Shown here one piece after another: positions 8,393 through 22,170 of a stretch of DNA of 64,000 nt; the stretch's first letter is position 1; every line of letters begins with the position of its first letter. The position numbers and the translations under genes were made by a program. The notes beneath the pieces were generated by a model. It searched no databases. It saw nothing but the letters and a program-made list of their open reading frames with translations, and was not told where the DNA came from. Origin of the DNA: an uncultured Candidatus Saccharibacteria bacterium (GTDB lineage: Bacteria > Patescibacteriota > Minisyncoccia > Minisyncoccales > JANBVM01); contig CAYVDD010000001.1 of assembly GCA_964450805.1 (NCBI GenBank), forward strand, positions 254,365 to 318,364, given 5' to 3'.

Positions 8393-9008
8393 TTTTTTTA
8401 ACTTCCTTATAATTAAAATCTTCTCTTTCTAGTAAAACAAGAGCCGCAAAAAATTTAGCTCTTCCAGCTCCACCACTAGTTGGTTTGTCATTTTTGTTTC
8501 TTAAAACATATCTAACTGGAGAATTAACATCTTTCCAACTAAACTTATAATTAAAATCTTCTTGTATCCATATCCATTTTAACATCAACAAGTAAAGCTT
8601 AGAATCAATTCCAGGCAATCTTGGTAAGTTCTTTGGTGTGGTATTATTTTTATAAACTTTCTCTATCGCTTTCCAAAACTTTTTACTCTTTTTTTTATTT
8701 TCTTGAAAATCGTTCATCATTTCTGCAAAAGTGAATTTACTTGTATTAAGCTCTTTGCCTTTTTTATATGGTACAACTTCAAAATCGTACAGGTTGGTCC
8801 ATAAAGCAGAATTGCTTCTAACTATCTTTAAATTTCTCTTTTTAATTTTTTTACCTGGATAACGAAGCCCAACTATAGGGTTCTTTTTTGTTCCTTCCAC
8901 AATAAATAGGATTGAGCCTGCAGCTTTTTCTCGATAAGGAGCTAATGCTTGGGCTACTTCTTGATAAATTCTTTTTGGATTTTTAATTTTTAATTCTATA
9001 ATTTTCAT
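8376..9008 (-). CDS. Hypothetical protein, putative restriction endonuclease
   Basis: Basic 210 aa ORF convergent with and overlapping the MTase 3' end; KWIWIQEDFNY motif; function by context only. Confidence 0.5.
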   Translation of the reverse strand: MKIIELKIKNPKRIYQEVAQALAPYREKAAGSILFIVEGTKKNPIVGLRYPGKKIKKRNLKIVRSNSALWTNLYDFEVVPYKKGKELNTSKFTFAEMMNDFQENKKKSKKFWKAIEKVYKNNTTPKNLPRLPGIDSKLYLLMLKWIWIQEDFNYKFSWKDVNSPVRYVLRNKNDKPTSGGAGRAKFFAALVLLEREDFNYKEVKKIIPLY

Positions 9009-10000
9009 AATCCTTTTTTTATTTTCCTAATAGCTTCCACCATAAAAGAGAACCAATACTTTAAATTTATAATACAATCCTGAGTTCTAACATATTCTTT
9101 ACTTTTACCCCCAAATCCCTTTTTAAACAAGCTTAATCCATACCAAGGATGACTCTTTTTTTCATCAGGAACCACTCCCCAAAAATTAAATTTTTTACAT
9201 CCTTTTTCCTTAGCTTTTTTAATAGCTTCCCAAAGTAATAAATAAGAAACGGGAATTTTAGGGTATTTTAAAGAAGAGGCTCCATGATGATAAAATCCAA
9301 CATCTCCCCAAAAAACAAAAATGCCAGAAGCAACCACTTCCCCATTATATTTTCCCAACAAAACCAAAATCTGACCATCTTTAGAAAAAGCTTTAAATTC
9401 ATTTTTCAAATAATTCAAAGAAAAAGGAACAAAGTGCTGACGCACTTTAGTCTGTTGATATAATTTATCAAATTCTTCAACACCATCAGCTTCAATAATC
9501 TCAACATTCTTTTTAATAGCTTTTTTAATCAAATAACGGGTGGTTTTACGCATACCCATCAATAATTCATCTTCAGTCAAATCAATATCCAACTCCCAAG
9601 TCAACTCAGGATGAACGAAAGTAGGAGCATTACGAAAACCAAGTTTTTTAAAGACAACTAAACCAGATTCAGTAACAGGAGAAATACGAATATGACTTAC
9701 CTTTTCAACAACAGCCAAAGCTTTTAACTTATAATTCATCAAACTTTTTAAAACCAAAGCTTTAGACCTAGAAACAACAGGACCATGAGGAACAAACAAA
9801 AAACTACCTCTTTTAGCCTCAACCTTAATAACCAGAGCAGCACCAATTAATTCAGAATCATAAACACCAAACCTCCATATCTTATCCCCCATCAAAGAAT
9901 TAAACTCCCCCCAATTCCAAGAATGAAGAAATGTTTTTTCTTCACATTTTTCCAAAAAATTCTCCCAAACATTTTTTTCAAAAATTTCTTTAACTTCCAT
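9005..10000 (-). CDS. FemABX-family peptidoglycan bridge peptidyltransferase
   Basis: FLHSWNWGEF, PHGP, MRKTTRYLIKKA, LLWEAI, GLSLFKKGFGG. Confidence 0.9.
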   Translation of the reverse strand: MEVKEIFEKNVWENFLEKCEEKTFLHSWNWGEFNSLMGDKIWRFGVYDSELIGAALVIKVEAKRGSFLFVPHGPVVSRSKALVLKSLMNYKLKALAVVEKVSHIRISPVTESGLVVFKKLGFRNAPTFVHPELTWELDIDLTEDELLMGMRKTTRYLIKKAIKKNVEIIEADGVEEFDKLYQQTKVRQHFVPFSLNYLKNEFKAFSKDGQILVLLGKYNGEVVASGIFVFWGDVGFYHHGASSLKYPKIPVSYLLLWEAIKKAKEKGCKKFNFWGVVPDEKKSHPWYGLSLFKKGFGGKSKEYVRTQDCIINLKYWFSFMVEAIRKIKKGL

Positions 10001-11537
10001 AAATTAAATCCTTAATTTTTTTAGAAATTCTTCCTTCTAAAAGAATAACGTTTTCAGAATTTAAAAATGGTTTAATTTTTTCAAAAATTAAGTCAGGTTT
10101 TTCTGAAAATATGACCTTATTACCTGCCCTTTTTTTTATATCTTCAAACTTATCTCTTGTAACAATAATCCCTAAATCACAAATTTCATTAATCTTCTCC
10201 CCTATTTTTTTATGAATCTCATCAGAAGCGCTACCCAATTCAATCAAACAAGGCATAATAATTATTTTTTTACCAGAAAAAAGCTTTAAATGATTTAAAT
10301 GAGAAAATACACCATTAGGATTAGCTGAATAAGTAGAATCAATAATATTTATTCCATTAAAGCCTTTAGAAAAGCTTGGATCAACAGCCTTAATATTTTC
10401 ACAAGCTCTGGCAACCTCTTCCAAGCTCATTCCAAAATCTTTTGCAACAGCGCTTACCAGTAAAATGTTTTCTATACTTTCAACTCCTAAAAGATCTACT
10501 CTAAAATGAGCTGAATCTCCGTCTCTAGAAAACACTCTAAAATGAACAGATTCTTTTTCTACAACTATATTCTTAGCCCAAACACCTAATTCTTCTTTAG
10601 TTGAACAAAACACAAGATTATCTGTTTCTGGCTCTAAATTCCTGACAATATCATTATTACCATTTAAAACTGCTAAACCATTTTTTGGCAAACTTTGAAT
10701 TAATTCAAACTTAGTTTTAGTAATATTGTCCTGGCTTCCAAACAAAGCCATATGCTGTTCATTAATACCAGTTAACACTCCTATTTTAGGTTTAACAATA
10801 TCACAAAGCAATTTTATCCCCCCTCTGCCGTATGCTCCCATTTCAACAATAAAAACCTCATGTTCAGAATTCAAATCATTTAAAATACACTGACTTATTC
10901 CAACTTCAGAGTTTTGATTTTTTTTAGTTTTTAAAACTTTGTATTTATTTTTTAAAACTTCATATAAAAATTCTTTGGTTGAAGTTTTCCCATAAGAACC
11001 AGTAATTCCAATAACAATCAAATTTTTAAAGCTTTTTCTTTTTTCTTTTGCTTTTTTAATAATCCTGTTTCTTAACGATACTGTAATTGGCTGAAACAAC
11101 AAAACAATACCAGAAGCAATTAAAGGAGTTAAAATATCAAAAATCAATAATTTTAAAATCAAATCTTTTCTGTAAAAGAAAATAACAACAAAAGAAATTA
11201 AAAAAACAAAACTAATAATAAATAAAAAAACAGTTTTTAAAGTAAAAACAGGTTTTTTAATTTTTTTCAAAGCAAAATTATAAAAAAACTTAGCTGATTC
11301 TAAAATATATATTATTAACAAAGCAATCTCACCAATAAAAAAAGAAATGAAAGGAATTAAAAATAATTTAAAAATCAAAAGATTATTTAAAAAAAGCTTT
11401 TTCCCCTTATAAGTTCGGAAATGGTCAATAAACCTTCCAACATGATATTCTTTAAGCTGCCAAAGATAAAGCCAAAACAAAAAAGCTTTAGTTTCACGTA
11501 TTAACCAGAGAAAACTAAGAATTAAAACAAGAACCAT
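9990..11537 (-). CDS. murF: UDP-MurNAc-tripeptide:D-Ala-D-Ala ligase with N-terminal TM extension
   Basis: GITGSYGKTSTKE, VEMGAY, IIDSTYSANP, LIELG. Confidence 0.85.
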   Translation of the reverse strand: MVLVLILSFLWLIRETKAFLFWLYLWQLKEYHVGRFIDHFRTYKGKKLFLNNLLIFKLFLIPFISFFIGEIALLIIYILESAKFFYNFALKKIKKPVFTLKTVFLFIISFVFLISFVVIFFYRKDLILKLLIFDILTPLIASGIVLLFQPITVSLRNRIIKKAKEKRKSFKNLIVIGITGSYGKTSTKEFLYEVLKNKYKVLKTKKNQNSEVGISQCILNDLNSEHEVFIVEMGAYGRGGIKLLCDIVKPKIGVLTGINEQHMALFGSQDNITKTKFELIQSLPKNGLAVLNGNNDIVRNLEPETDNLVFCSTKEELGVWAKNIVVEKESVHFRVFSRDGDSAHFRVDLLGVESIENILLVSAVAKDFGMSLEEVARACENIKAVDPSFSKGFNGINIIDSTYSANPNGVFSHLNHLKLFSGKKIIIMPCLIELGSASDEIHKKIGEKINEICDLGIIVTRDKFEDIKKRAGNKVIFSEKPDLIFEKIKPFLNSENVILLEGRISKKIKDLIYGS

Positions 11538-11539
11538 AA

Positions 11540-12310
11540 TTAGCTGGTTAAAAAACTAACAATTATATCTGACAGCTTATCCGGAGCTTCAACATGAGGA
11601 CTATGACCTACATCTTCTAAAAATTCTAAAACAGAATCTTTAATCTGTTCTTTAAAAATGTATGAGTATTTTACAGGAACCAGTTTATCTTCCTTACCCC
11701 AGACGACTAAAGTTTTTGTCTGAATTTCAGATAAACGAGGAAGCAAATCCTCATCAATAATTTTTTTAATGATTTCTTTCATCACACCATCTGCTTTTAC
11801 ATAATCTTTATGGCGTAAAAAAGAATAAAATATATTCCTGGCACCATCTTTAAATCTTTCCAGAATATGAGGAGAAAAAATAACATTGCCAATATGAGCA
11901 GCATAAGCAATCATTGTATCCTTAAATCCTAATTTAGGTTTTATTCCGGCTGAATCACAAAGAATCAGATTCTTAACCATATCAGGATAATTGATACTGA
12001 ACTTAATTGCAATCCTTCCGCCAAAAGAATGGCCTAAAAGATAAAAATTCTTTAAATTTTGTGAGTGAACAAATCCATTAAACCAGTTCATATAATCATC
12101 AACAGACCAGACACTATCTGGAGTTCTGCTTTTTCCAAAACCAGGAAAATCAGGACAAATCACTTTGTATCCTTTGCCAGACAATATTTCCATAACATCA
12201 ACCCAGGAATCAGATGAACTTCCCCAGCCATGTAAAACCAAAATCACAGGACCTGATCCTGCAATTCTGTAATTGACTTTCAGATTGTTAATTAAAATGC
12301 TTTTTTCCAT
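11540..12310 (-). CDS. Alpha/beta hydrolase
   Basis: LHGWG, DFPGFG, GHSFGG, WG..D, GHSPH. Confidence 0.9.
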   Translation of the reverse strand: MEKSILINNLKVNYRIAGSGPVILVLHGWGSSSDSWVDVMEILSGKGYKVICPDFPGFGKSRTPDSVWSVDDYMNWFNGFVHSQNLKNFYLLGHSFGGRIAIKFSINYPDMVKNLILCDSAGIKPKLGFKDTMIAYAAHIGNVIFSPHILERFKDGARNIFYSFLRHKDYVKADGVMKEIIKKIIDEDLLPRLSEIQTKTLVVWGKEDKLVPVKYSYIFKEQIKDSVLEFLEDVGHSPHVEAPDKLSDIIVSFLTS

Positions 12311-12313
12311 ATT

Positions 12314-13573
12314 TTAACCAATTTTCTTAAATCCAGTATACTTTTGCAAAACTTTAGGCACTAATATGCTTCCATCTTTTTGCTGATAATTCTCAATAAT
12401 AGCAATAATGGTTCTTCCAACAGCAACAGCAGTTCCGTTTAAAGTATTAACAAAGTTCATTTTATTTGATTTATCTCTGTAGCGGATATTTAATCTTCTG
12501 GCCTGAAAATCAGTGCAGTTTGAAGTAGAATGTGTTTCACGATAACGATTCTGAGAAGGTATCCAGGCTTCAATATCATATTTAGAAGCTACTGGATCGC
12601 CTAAATCACCTGTGCACATCTGAACAACCCTGTAAGGCAGTTTTAATTCTTTCATAAACTTTTCTTCCAAAGAAAGCAAATACTGATGCTCTTTTTTTGA
12701 TTCTTCAGGACAACAGAATGTAAACATTTCTACTTTATCAAACTGATGAACCCTAAAAATTCCTTTAGTATCCTTGCCATAAGAACCAGCCTCTCTTCTA
12801 AAGCATGAAGAAAAGCTTACATATCTTTTAGGCAGTTCTTTGTCATTGAAAGTTTCGCCAGCATGCATTGGACCAATAATTTGTTCTGAAGTGGCAATTA
12901 AATAAAGGTTATCTTTTCCAATATGATAAATCTCATTTTCTCCTCTTTCAACATAACCCATTCCTCTCATCATTTCTGGCCTTATTAATACTGGAGGAAT
13001 AATGGGAATGAATTTTTCTTTTTTTAATTCGTCAAACAAGAAATTAATTAAAGCAAGCTCTAATAATACTGCTTCGTTTTTCAAAAAACCAAACCTTGTG
13101 CCAGATGTTTTAGCTGCTCGTTTGACATCAACTAAATCAAGTTTCTCAGAAATCTCTAAATAATCTTTAATCTTAAAATCAAACTTAGGTTTTTTACCAA
13201 CCTCTTTTATAACCACATTTCCTGATTCATCTTTCCCAACTGGAATATCATCAAAAGCAGGATTAGGAACCTGAGCCATTAGATTATTGAATTCTCTTTC
13301 AATCTTTTTTAAATTCTCATCCAACTTATCATTGTTTCTATCAAGCTCTCTCATTTTAAGTATTATTTTTTCTTTTCCTTTTTTGTCTTTTGTCCCAACT
13401 ATATCTTTTGAAGCCTTGTTTTTTTTAGCCCTCACATCCTCTAAAGTTTGTAAAAGCTCTATTCTTTTTTTATCCACTTTTAAAAGCTTGTCAATATCAA
13501 CCTTAACCTGCTTATTCTCGCAGGACTTCTTAACCTTATCAGGATTTTCACGAATAAACTTAATATCTAGCAT
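12314..13573 (-). CDS. serS: Seryl-tRNA synthetase
   Basis: MLDIKFIREN, TSE, FRREAG, RVHQF.KVE, LNGT. Confidence 0.97.
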   Translation of the reverse strand: MLDIKFIRENPDKVKKSCENKQVKVDIDKLLKVDKKRIELLQTLEDVRAKKNKASKDIVGTKDKKGKEKIILKMRELDRNNDKLDENLKKIEREFNNLMAQVPNPAFDDIPVGKDESGNVVIKEVGKKPKFDFKIKDYLEISEKLDLVDVKRAAKTSGTRFGFLKNEAVLLELALINFLFDELKKEKFIPIIPPVLIRPEMMRGMGYVERGENEIYHIGKDNLYLIATSEQIIGPMHAGETFNDKELPKRYVSFSSCFRREAGSYGKDTKGIFRVHQFDKVEMFTFCCPEESKKEHQYLLSLEEKFMKELKLPYRVVQMCTGDLGDPVASKYDIEAWIPSQNRYRETHSTSNCTDFQARRLNIRYRDKSNKMNFVNTLNGTAVAVGRTIIAIIENYQQKDGSILVPKVLQKYTGFKKIG

Positions 13574-13604
13574 GTTAAAAGAATAATTCTATATTCAAAA
13601 TAAA

Positions 13605-14408
13605 CTAAGGAGTTGATGCGACAATGCTAAAATAATTATCATTCTCATCGTAGAGCAAAGCACCACGCGCGTCATAAATCCTTATTTTTACCGAATCGCT
13701 TCTATCCACCCCAAAACCACTAATAAAGTCTTGAGGAATAGTCCAAGAATATTTCCCTGTGCTGGCATCCAAAGCTGACTGACCAAGAAATCCCTTATCC
13801 TTTCCGCCTACAGCTACGGCAAGCGCAATTTCGTCAACTTTTGAAGATTCCCAAGTAATATAATACGTTTTTCCCTCCATCCATTCTTCTCCTCCGTTTG
13901 GGGAAAGTAGCCTAACATATCCAGCATTATTACTGCTGATACTGAACTTCTCATCGCTAGCGTCATAAATATCATACATTTCCGTGCCAGATTCAAAAAT
14001 CAGGATTTTAAAAGCAGGATTAGAAAGACCATATAGCTTCATTGCTTGGTTCAAGGAATCAAAATCACTTTGTTTAAAGAGCCACAGATATTCCCCACTT
14101 TCGGTTGGTACATTTTTCTCAACAAGGACAGAAACATCCGGGGGCCAACCGCCTGGGGCTGGAGTAGGCATCCAAATGTAGATATCTACTTTTTCTAATT
14201 GTCCAGACTCCCAGCTGATAATATAGCTGTTACCAACAACCAGATTTTCACCTCCATTTGGGGAAAGCACAGCAAGCTCTTCTTCTTCTTCCTGAACACT
14301 GCCTTGATCTGTTTTTGATCTCAGGAAGCTGTTTACCCAAACAGCTAAAACGAAAATAATAACAACTACTATTATTACGGATATGCCTCTATTATTTTTT
14401 TTGAACAT
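13605..14408 (-). CDS. Surface protein with two Ig-like LSPNGGE repeats
   Basis: RG-IS plus hydrophobic N-terminus; two LSPNGGE...Y.I.W...G.Y.W...D..D..FSI units. Confidence 0.7.
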   Translation of the reverse strand: MFKKNNRGISVIIVVVIIFVLAVWVNSFLRSKTDQGSVQEEEEELAVLSPNGGENLVVGNSYIISWESGQLEKVDIYIWMPTPAPGGWPPDVSVLVEKNVPTESGEYLWLFKQSDFDSLNQAMKLYGLSNPAFKILIFESGTEMYDIYDASDEKFSISSNNAGYVRLLSPNGGEEWMEGKTYYITWESSKVDEIALAVAVGGKDKGFLGQSALDASTGKYSWTIPQDFISGFGVDRSDSVKIRIYDARGALLYDENDNYFSIVASTP

Positions 14409-14427
14409 ATTATTGGTATATTATTAA

Positions 14428-15894
14428 TTATTTTTTAGGCTTCATTGTTGGAAATAAGATAACCTCTCTCAAAGCATGAGAATCAGTCAATAAAGCAACT
14501 AATCTGTCTATTCCCATGCCAAATCCTGCTGCTGGAGGCATGCCATACTCTATTGCCTCCAAATAATCCTTATCTATTCTCTGGGCTTCCTCAAAGCCAA
14601 GTTTAAACAGCTTTTCCTGTTCTTCAAATCTTCTGCGCTGTTCAATAGGATCGTTTAATTCAGAAAAAGCATTTAAAAGTTCTATTCCTGCTGCAATTAA
14701 TTGAACGTTAGCTAATTTCTCTGAATCTTTATCCAAGGCTTTAGCTAATGGCTGAAATCCTTTTGGATAATGAAGAACAAAAGTTGGTTTAATTATTTTA
14801 GAACGACAAATTTTTGCAAAAATCTCATCAGCAACTTCAGCTTTAGGAGCACCTTTCTCAACTTCCAACCCCATTTTTTTAGCTTGTTTTGCTAAAAATA
14901 TTTCATTTATCTCTTCTAAATTAATGCCAGTTGTCTTTCTAAAAAGCTGATAAAACTCAACTCTAGGCCAAGGCGGTTTAAAATTAAGCTTTTTTCCCTG
15001 ATATGATATTTCTAGTTTGCCAAATACCTCTTTTAAAATATAAGAAAACATTTTTTCTGTTAATTTCATCAAGTCTTTGTAATCTGCATAAGCCCAGTAA
15101 AATTCAAGCATTGTAAAATCAGGATTATGATACCTGTCAACCCCTTCATTTCTAAAACACTTGCCAATTTCATAAACCTTTTCAAAACCTCCAACCAGCA
15201 ATCTTTTTAAATAAAGTTCAGGAGCAATACGTAAGTACAGATCCATGTCCATTGCATTTAAATGAGTTTTAAATGGCTTAGCTCTTGCTCCTCCATAAAT
15301 AGGCTGAAGCATAGGAGTTTCTACTGCTAAAAATCCTTGTCCTTCTAAAAACTCTCTTAAAGATTTAATAATCAAAGAACGGGTCTCAAACTTCTTTTTA
15401 ATATCTTCATTAAAAATCAAATCAAGATACCTTTTCCTGAATCTTTCCTCAATGTCTTTTAAACCCTGCCATTTCTCAGGCAAAGGCAGCAAGCTTTTAG
15501 CTAACATATGAAAATCAGCTGTTTCAACTGTTTTTTCACCCTTTTTTGTTTTAAACAGTATTCCCCTTACTTCAATAAAATCTCCTAAATCAAAATTATC
15601 CAAAAAAAACTTGTATGCTCTCTCCCCTAATCTGTCTTTTTTAAAATATGCCTGGATTTTACCAGTTCCATCTTCAATATGAACAAAAGTGGAGCCACCA
15701 TGAATTCTTAACAACCTTATTCTTCCCACCAGAGTTATTTCTTTTTTTGCCCGAACAAAAGAAGTGAAGCTTTTTAAAACCTCAGCTATTTTATGAGTTC
15801 TTTTCACAGAAGCAGGATAAGGCAAAAACCCAAGATTTCTAATTCTTTTCAGTTTTTTTAACCTGTTTTTCCTAATATCATCTTTAGTAGCCAT
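14428..15894 (-). CDS. lysS: Lysyl-tRNA synthetase (class II)
   Basis: RYLDL, GGARAKPF, YLRIAPELYLKRL, FRNEG, YGMPPAAGFGMGIDRL. Confidence 0.97.
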   Translation of the reverse strand: MATKDDIRKNRLKKLKRIRNLGFLPYPASVKRTHKIAEVLKSFTSFVRAKKEITLVGRIRLLRIHGGSTFVHIEDGTGKIQAYFKKDRLGERAYKFFLDNFDLGDFIEVRGILFKTKKGEKTVETADFHMLAKSLLPLPEKWQGLKDIEERFRKRYLDLIFNEDIKKKFETRSLIIKSLREFLEGQGFLAVETPMLQPIYGGARAKPFKTHLNAMDMDLYLRIAPELYLKRLLVGGFEKVYEIGKCFRNEGVDRYHNPDFTMLEFYWAYADYKDLMKLTEKMFSYILKEVFGKLEISYQGKKLNFKPPWPRVEFYQLFRKTTGINLEEINEIFLAKQAKKMGLEVEKGAPKAEVADEIFAKICRSKIIKPTFVLHYPKGFQPLAKALDKDSEKLANVQLIAAGIELLNAFSELNDPIEQRRRFEEQEKLFKLGFEEAQRIDKDYLEAIEYGMPPAAGFGMGIDRLVALLTDSHALREVILFPTMKPKK

Positions 15895-15917
15895 AAATTC
15901 ATTTTAGTGATTTTTAC

Positions 15918-17852
15918 TCATTTAGTAAAATACCAGTTTAAAATCTCATAAACAGCAGGTAATGTTGCTACTCTCACTCCTTTAACGTCTTCAATCAGAA
16001 TAGTGATTATTATTTCAGGATCATCATAAGGAGCAAAAACAGTGATCCAGTTATGATACACATCTTTTTTTGAAGTTTCAGCTGTTCCTGTTTTGGCAGC
16101 AACTTTGACTGGTAGAGAATTAAGGAACACTGCTGAAGCGTTGGGACTATTGTAGCCAGTAACAGCTTGTCTCATACCCTGTCTTACAACTTCAATATTA
16201 TCAGTACTTAAAAAATCTTGCTTAATAATTTCAGGGTTTATTTCCTTTACTATCTCCCCTGTTTCACTATCTAAGATTTCCTTAACAATCTGAGGTTTAA
16301 AAATCTTTCCGTAATTAGCAATTGGCATAAAACTAACTGCAACTTCTATTGGAGTAATCTGAAGATATCCCTGGCCAATTGAAAAATGATAAGTGTCTCC
16401 ATCCCACCAGCCCTGACCTAAAACTCTCTTTTTCCAAACTTTATCAGGAACAAAACCAGCTATTTCTCCAGGCAAATCAATGCCAGTTTTATTTTCCCAG
16501 CCAAACATACTTAAATATTCTTTAATCTTTGTCGGACCTAATCCATCTTGAGTCTTGTAACCACCGCCTAAACGATAAAAATAAACATTACATGATTCAG
16601 CTAAAGCTTTTCTCATATCTGTCAAGCCATGAGCTCTTAAATCTTTATACTGCCAGATAACTTCAGGGTCCCAGTAATCTTCAACCTCAAGCATGCCAGT
16701 GCAGTTAATAAATTCGTCAGGATTAATTATTTCCTCTTCTAATCCTGCTAAAGCAATTAAAGGTTTAATTGTTGAACCAGTTACGTAACGGCCAGAAATA
16801 GCACGATTGAATAAAGGTTTGTTTGGATTGTCAAAAATCCTCTCAATAAGTTTTGAATCTGAATTTGAAAAAACATTATTGTCAAAAGAAGGAAAAGAAA
16901 CCAAAGAAAGCACTCCTCCTGTTTTAGGATCCAGAGCAACAACCGCTCCTTTTTTACTTCCAATCTCGTAAAGTTTCCTCTCTAATACATCCTTAACTTT
17001 TTTTTGAAGTTCAGAATCAAGCCAGAGAACCAGATTATTACCTGATTGTGGTAAAGATGCTGTTTCCTGAGACAATATATTGCCCATTGCATCTCTTTCA
17101 ACCATTACTTTGCCCAGGTTTTTCCTTAAAAAGTCCTCATAATATTTTTCTAAACCATCTCTTCCAATATAATCTAAAATTGAATAAAACTCAGGAGAAC
17201 TTTCAAACTCATCTTTCCTAATCTTGCCCATATATCCGATTATATGAGCAAAAATTTCCCCGTCTACATAATCTCTTGTTGATGTTTTTCTTATCTTAAA
17301 ACCAGTTAAATCATTGATCTTAGTTTGTAAAATAATCAATTTCTCACGCTCTAGATCTCTGGAAACAAAAACCAAAGAGTCTGTACTGGACGCAATTTCC
17401 TGTTTTAATTGCTCATAATCCTTTTCCAGAATACGGGCAACTTCTTTTAAAACCTTATTCTCATCTTCTTTAGAGTAATCAAGATTTTTCTTTTCATAAA
17501 TTAAATCAAATTGAGGAATATTAAAAACCAATTGCTTTAAATTCCTGTCATAAATCACTCCTCTATCTGCTTCAATACTTTTAATAATAAACTTATTCTC
17601 ATTGGCTAGAGCTTTAAAACTCTCTCCTTCAAGAACCTGAAGCTGAAATGTTTTTAAAAACAAAATTATCATTGTTAAAAACAAAACAAATAAAAATCCT
17701 TTTAGAGTTTTATCTAGAAGAGGAATATTTACTTTTTTAATTGAAATCCCCCATTCCTCTTCTTTTTCTTTGGCAAGTTTGTCTAATATAATTTCATGAG
17801 GCTCAATATCTCTTTTCTGTTTAAATCTCTTTAGGCTAAACCTGCCAAACAT
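15918..17852 (-). CDS. mrdA: Penicillin-binding protein 2
   Basis: RGVIYDRN, GSTIK (SxxK), SCN, KTGT. Confidence 0.92.
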   Translation of the reverse strand: MFGRFSLKRFKQKRDIEPHEIILDKLAKEKEEEWGISIKKVNIPLLDKTLKGFLFVLFLTMIILFLKTFQLQVLEGESFKALANENKFIIKSIEADRGVIYDRNLKQLVFNIPQFDLIYEKKNLDYSKEDENKVLKEVARILEKDYEQLKQEIASSTDSLVFVSRDLEREKLIILQTKINDLTGFKIRKTSTRDYVDGEIFAHIIGYMGKIRKDEFESSPEFYSILDYIGRDGLEKYYEDFLRKNLGKVMVERDAMGNILSQETASLPQSGNNLVLWLDSELQKKVKDVLERKLYEIGSKKGAVVALDPKTGGVLSLVSFPSFDNNVFSNSDSKLIERIFDNPNKPLFNRAISGRYVTGSTIKPLIALAGLEEEIINPDEFINCTGMLEVEDYWDPEVIWQYKDLRAHGLTDMRKALAESCNVYFYRLGGGYKTQDGLGPTKIKEYLSMFGWENKTGIDLPGEIAGFVPDKVWKKRVLGQGWWDGDTYHFSIGQGYLQITPIEVAVSFMPIANYGKIFKPQIVKEILDSETGEIVKEINPEIIKQDFLSTDNIEVVRQGMRQAVTGYNSPNASAVFLNSLPVKVAAKTGTAETSKKDVYHNWITVFAPYDDPEIIITILIEDVKGVRVATLPAVYEILNWYFTK

Positions 17853-18126
17853 ATCTTTTAAAGATTAGTTTCATAAAAATTGAAATTAAAAAACAAATTA
17901 AAACCCAGTAGCCAATATATGAACTGAAAAATATATCCAAGAGAAACCCAGCAATTAATGCTGAAATAAGACCAAAGCTATTTTTTTGTTCTTCAAAAAA
18001 ATTAATCAAAACCACTGCTATTAAAACAAGGTTTAAAGAATAATTTGAAAAATGAACAAAAAAACTGCTCTGAAGCAAGATTAGAAAGTAAAATCCTAAA
18101 GTGATAAGAATTATTTTTTTAATCAT
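17836..18126 (-). CDS. mreD: Short MreD-like membrane protein
   Basis: Hydrophobic, GFLLDIF motif, between mreC and mrdA. Confidence 0.7.
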   Translation of the reverse strand: MIKKIILITLGFYFLILLQSSFFVHFSNYSLNLVLIAVVLINFFEEQKNSFGLISALIAGFLLDIFFSSYIGYWVLICFLISIFMKLIFKRYVWQV

Positions 18127-18135
18127 TTCCTCCTA

Positions 18136-18990
18136 CTACTCGCTAAAACTAGAGTTAGTAATAATAAATAAATTGTTTAAATCTTTAATATTAAATCCAG
18201 GTTTCACTTCAGCCTGCTGAAAAGCTGCAGTGTCAGACTTTTTAATATCTTGAATTTCACCTATTAAAAGACCTTCTGGAAAATTACCGCCTATAACACT
18301 GCTGATTACTTTATCGCCTATTTCAATATTTTCTTCTTTAGGAACTAAATCAAGGGTTATTTTTAAATTACCATTCCCTTTTGCCAGACTATAAATGTTT
18401 TTTTTAAAAATCTCTATATCAAAAGAATTGTTTTTTGAACTTAAAAGCTCTATTTTTGAGATATTTTCATACAATTCAGATATTTTACCCACCAAGACTT
18501 TAGCTTCAGTAATCACTGGAGACCCAACTCTTATTCCATGATTAAACCCTTTATTCACTATCAAATAATCATTAGATATTTCTTTAGTGATTATTTGAAC
18601 AATCTCTAAGTTAAACTCTTTTCCAATGCTCAGGCCTAAGGCTATTCTTAAATCTTTATTTTCTTTTCTTAATTTTTCTAATTCTATGTTTTGGTTTAAT
18701 AGTTCTTGGTTTTCTAATTTAAGAAGCGTATTCTCTTCTGTCAAATTCCCAGCTTTTAAAATTGCCTGAAAAAAAGCAGAGGCTTTAATGCCCTTTTCCC
18801 ATAACCAGAGCTGAATTGGTTCAGATAATGAATAAAAAAAACTTTTAACTGTTTTTGAAAAAGGAGACAAATTAAAAATTAAAACAGCAATAATAATGAA
18901 AATTATTACTGAAATTTTAAAATTCAGACCCTGACCTAATAACTGGTAAAAAGAATCATTATTTTTTTCAAATTTTCTATTCAATCTCAT
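18136..18990 (-). CDS. mreC: Rod shape protein MreC
   Basis: Coiled coil ENKDLR, NKG..HGI..G.PVI, FPEGLLIG. Confidence 0.92.
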   Translation of the reverse strand: MRLNRKFEKNNDSFYQLLGQGLNFKISVIIFIIIAVLIFNLSPFSKTVKSFFYSLSEPIQLWLWEKGIKASAFFQAILKAGNLTEENTLLKLENQELLNQNIELEKLRKENKDLRIALGLSIGKEFNLEIVQIITKEISNDYLIVNKGFNHGIRVGSPVITEAKVLVGKISELYENISKIELLSSKNNSFDIEIFKKNIYSLAKGNGNLKITLDLVPKEENIEIGDKVISSVIGGNFPEGLLIGEIQDIKKSDTAAFQQAEVKPGFNIKDLNNLFIITNSSFSE

Positions 18991-19050
18991 TAATTTATTA
19001 TAACTAAAGACATATTAAAGTAAAACTTGGTTCAAACAAAAAGACGCTTT

Positions 19051-19159
19051 AGCGGCGGCTACCTACTTTCGCAGGAAACCCACTATCATCGGCCTTGATA
19101 TATTTCACTTCTGTGTTCGAGATGGGAACAGGTGGAGCAATACCAGTATAGCCGCCACT
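19051..19159 (-). rRNA. rrf: 5S rRNA
   Basis: CACCUGUUCCCAUCUCGAACACAGAAGUGAA and GCCGAUGAUAGU; terminal helix pairs. Confidence 0.93.
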
Positions 19160-19208
19160 AAAACGCCTTTTTGTATAATTTAAAACTAATTGCTTCGTAA
19201 AATTTTAG

Positions 19209-22170
<2,962 letters not shown>

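Noticed and set aside
18127-18140. AGGAGG before mreD as evidence for normal SD use
   Set aside because: Single case, only 2 nt from the ATG, and the 16S tail cannot pair with it
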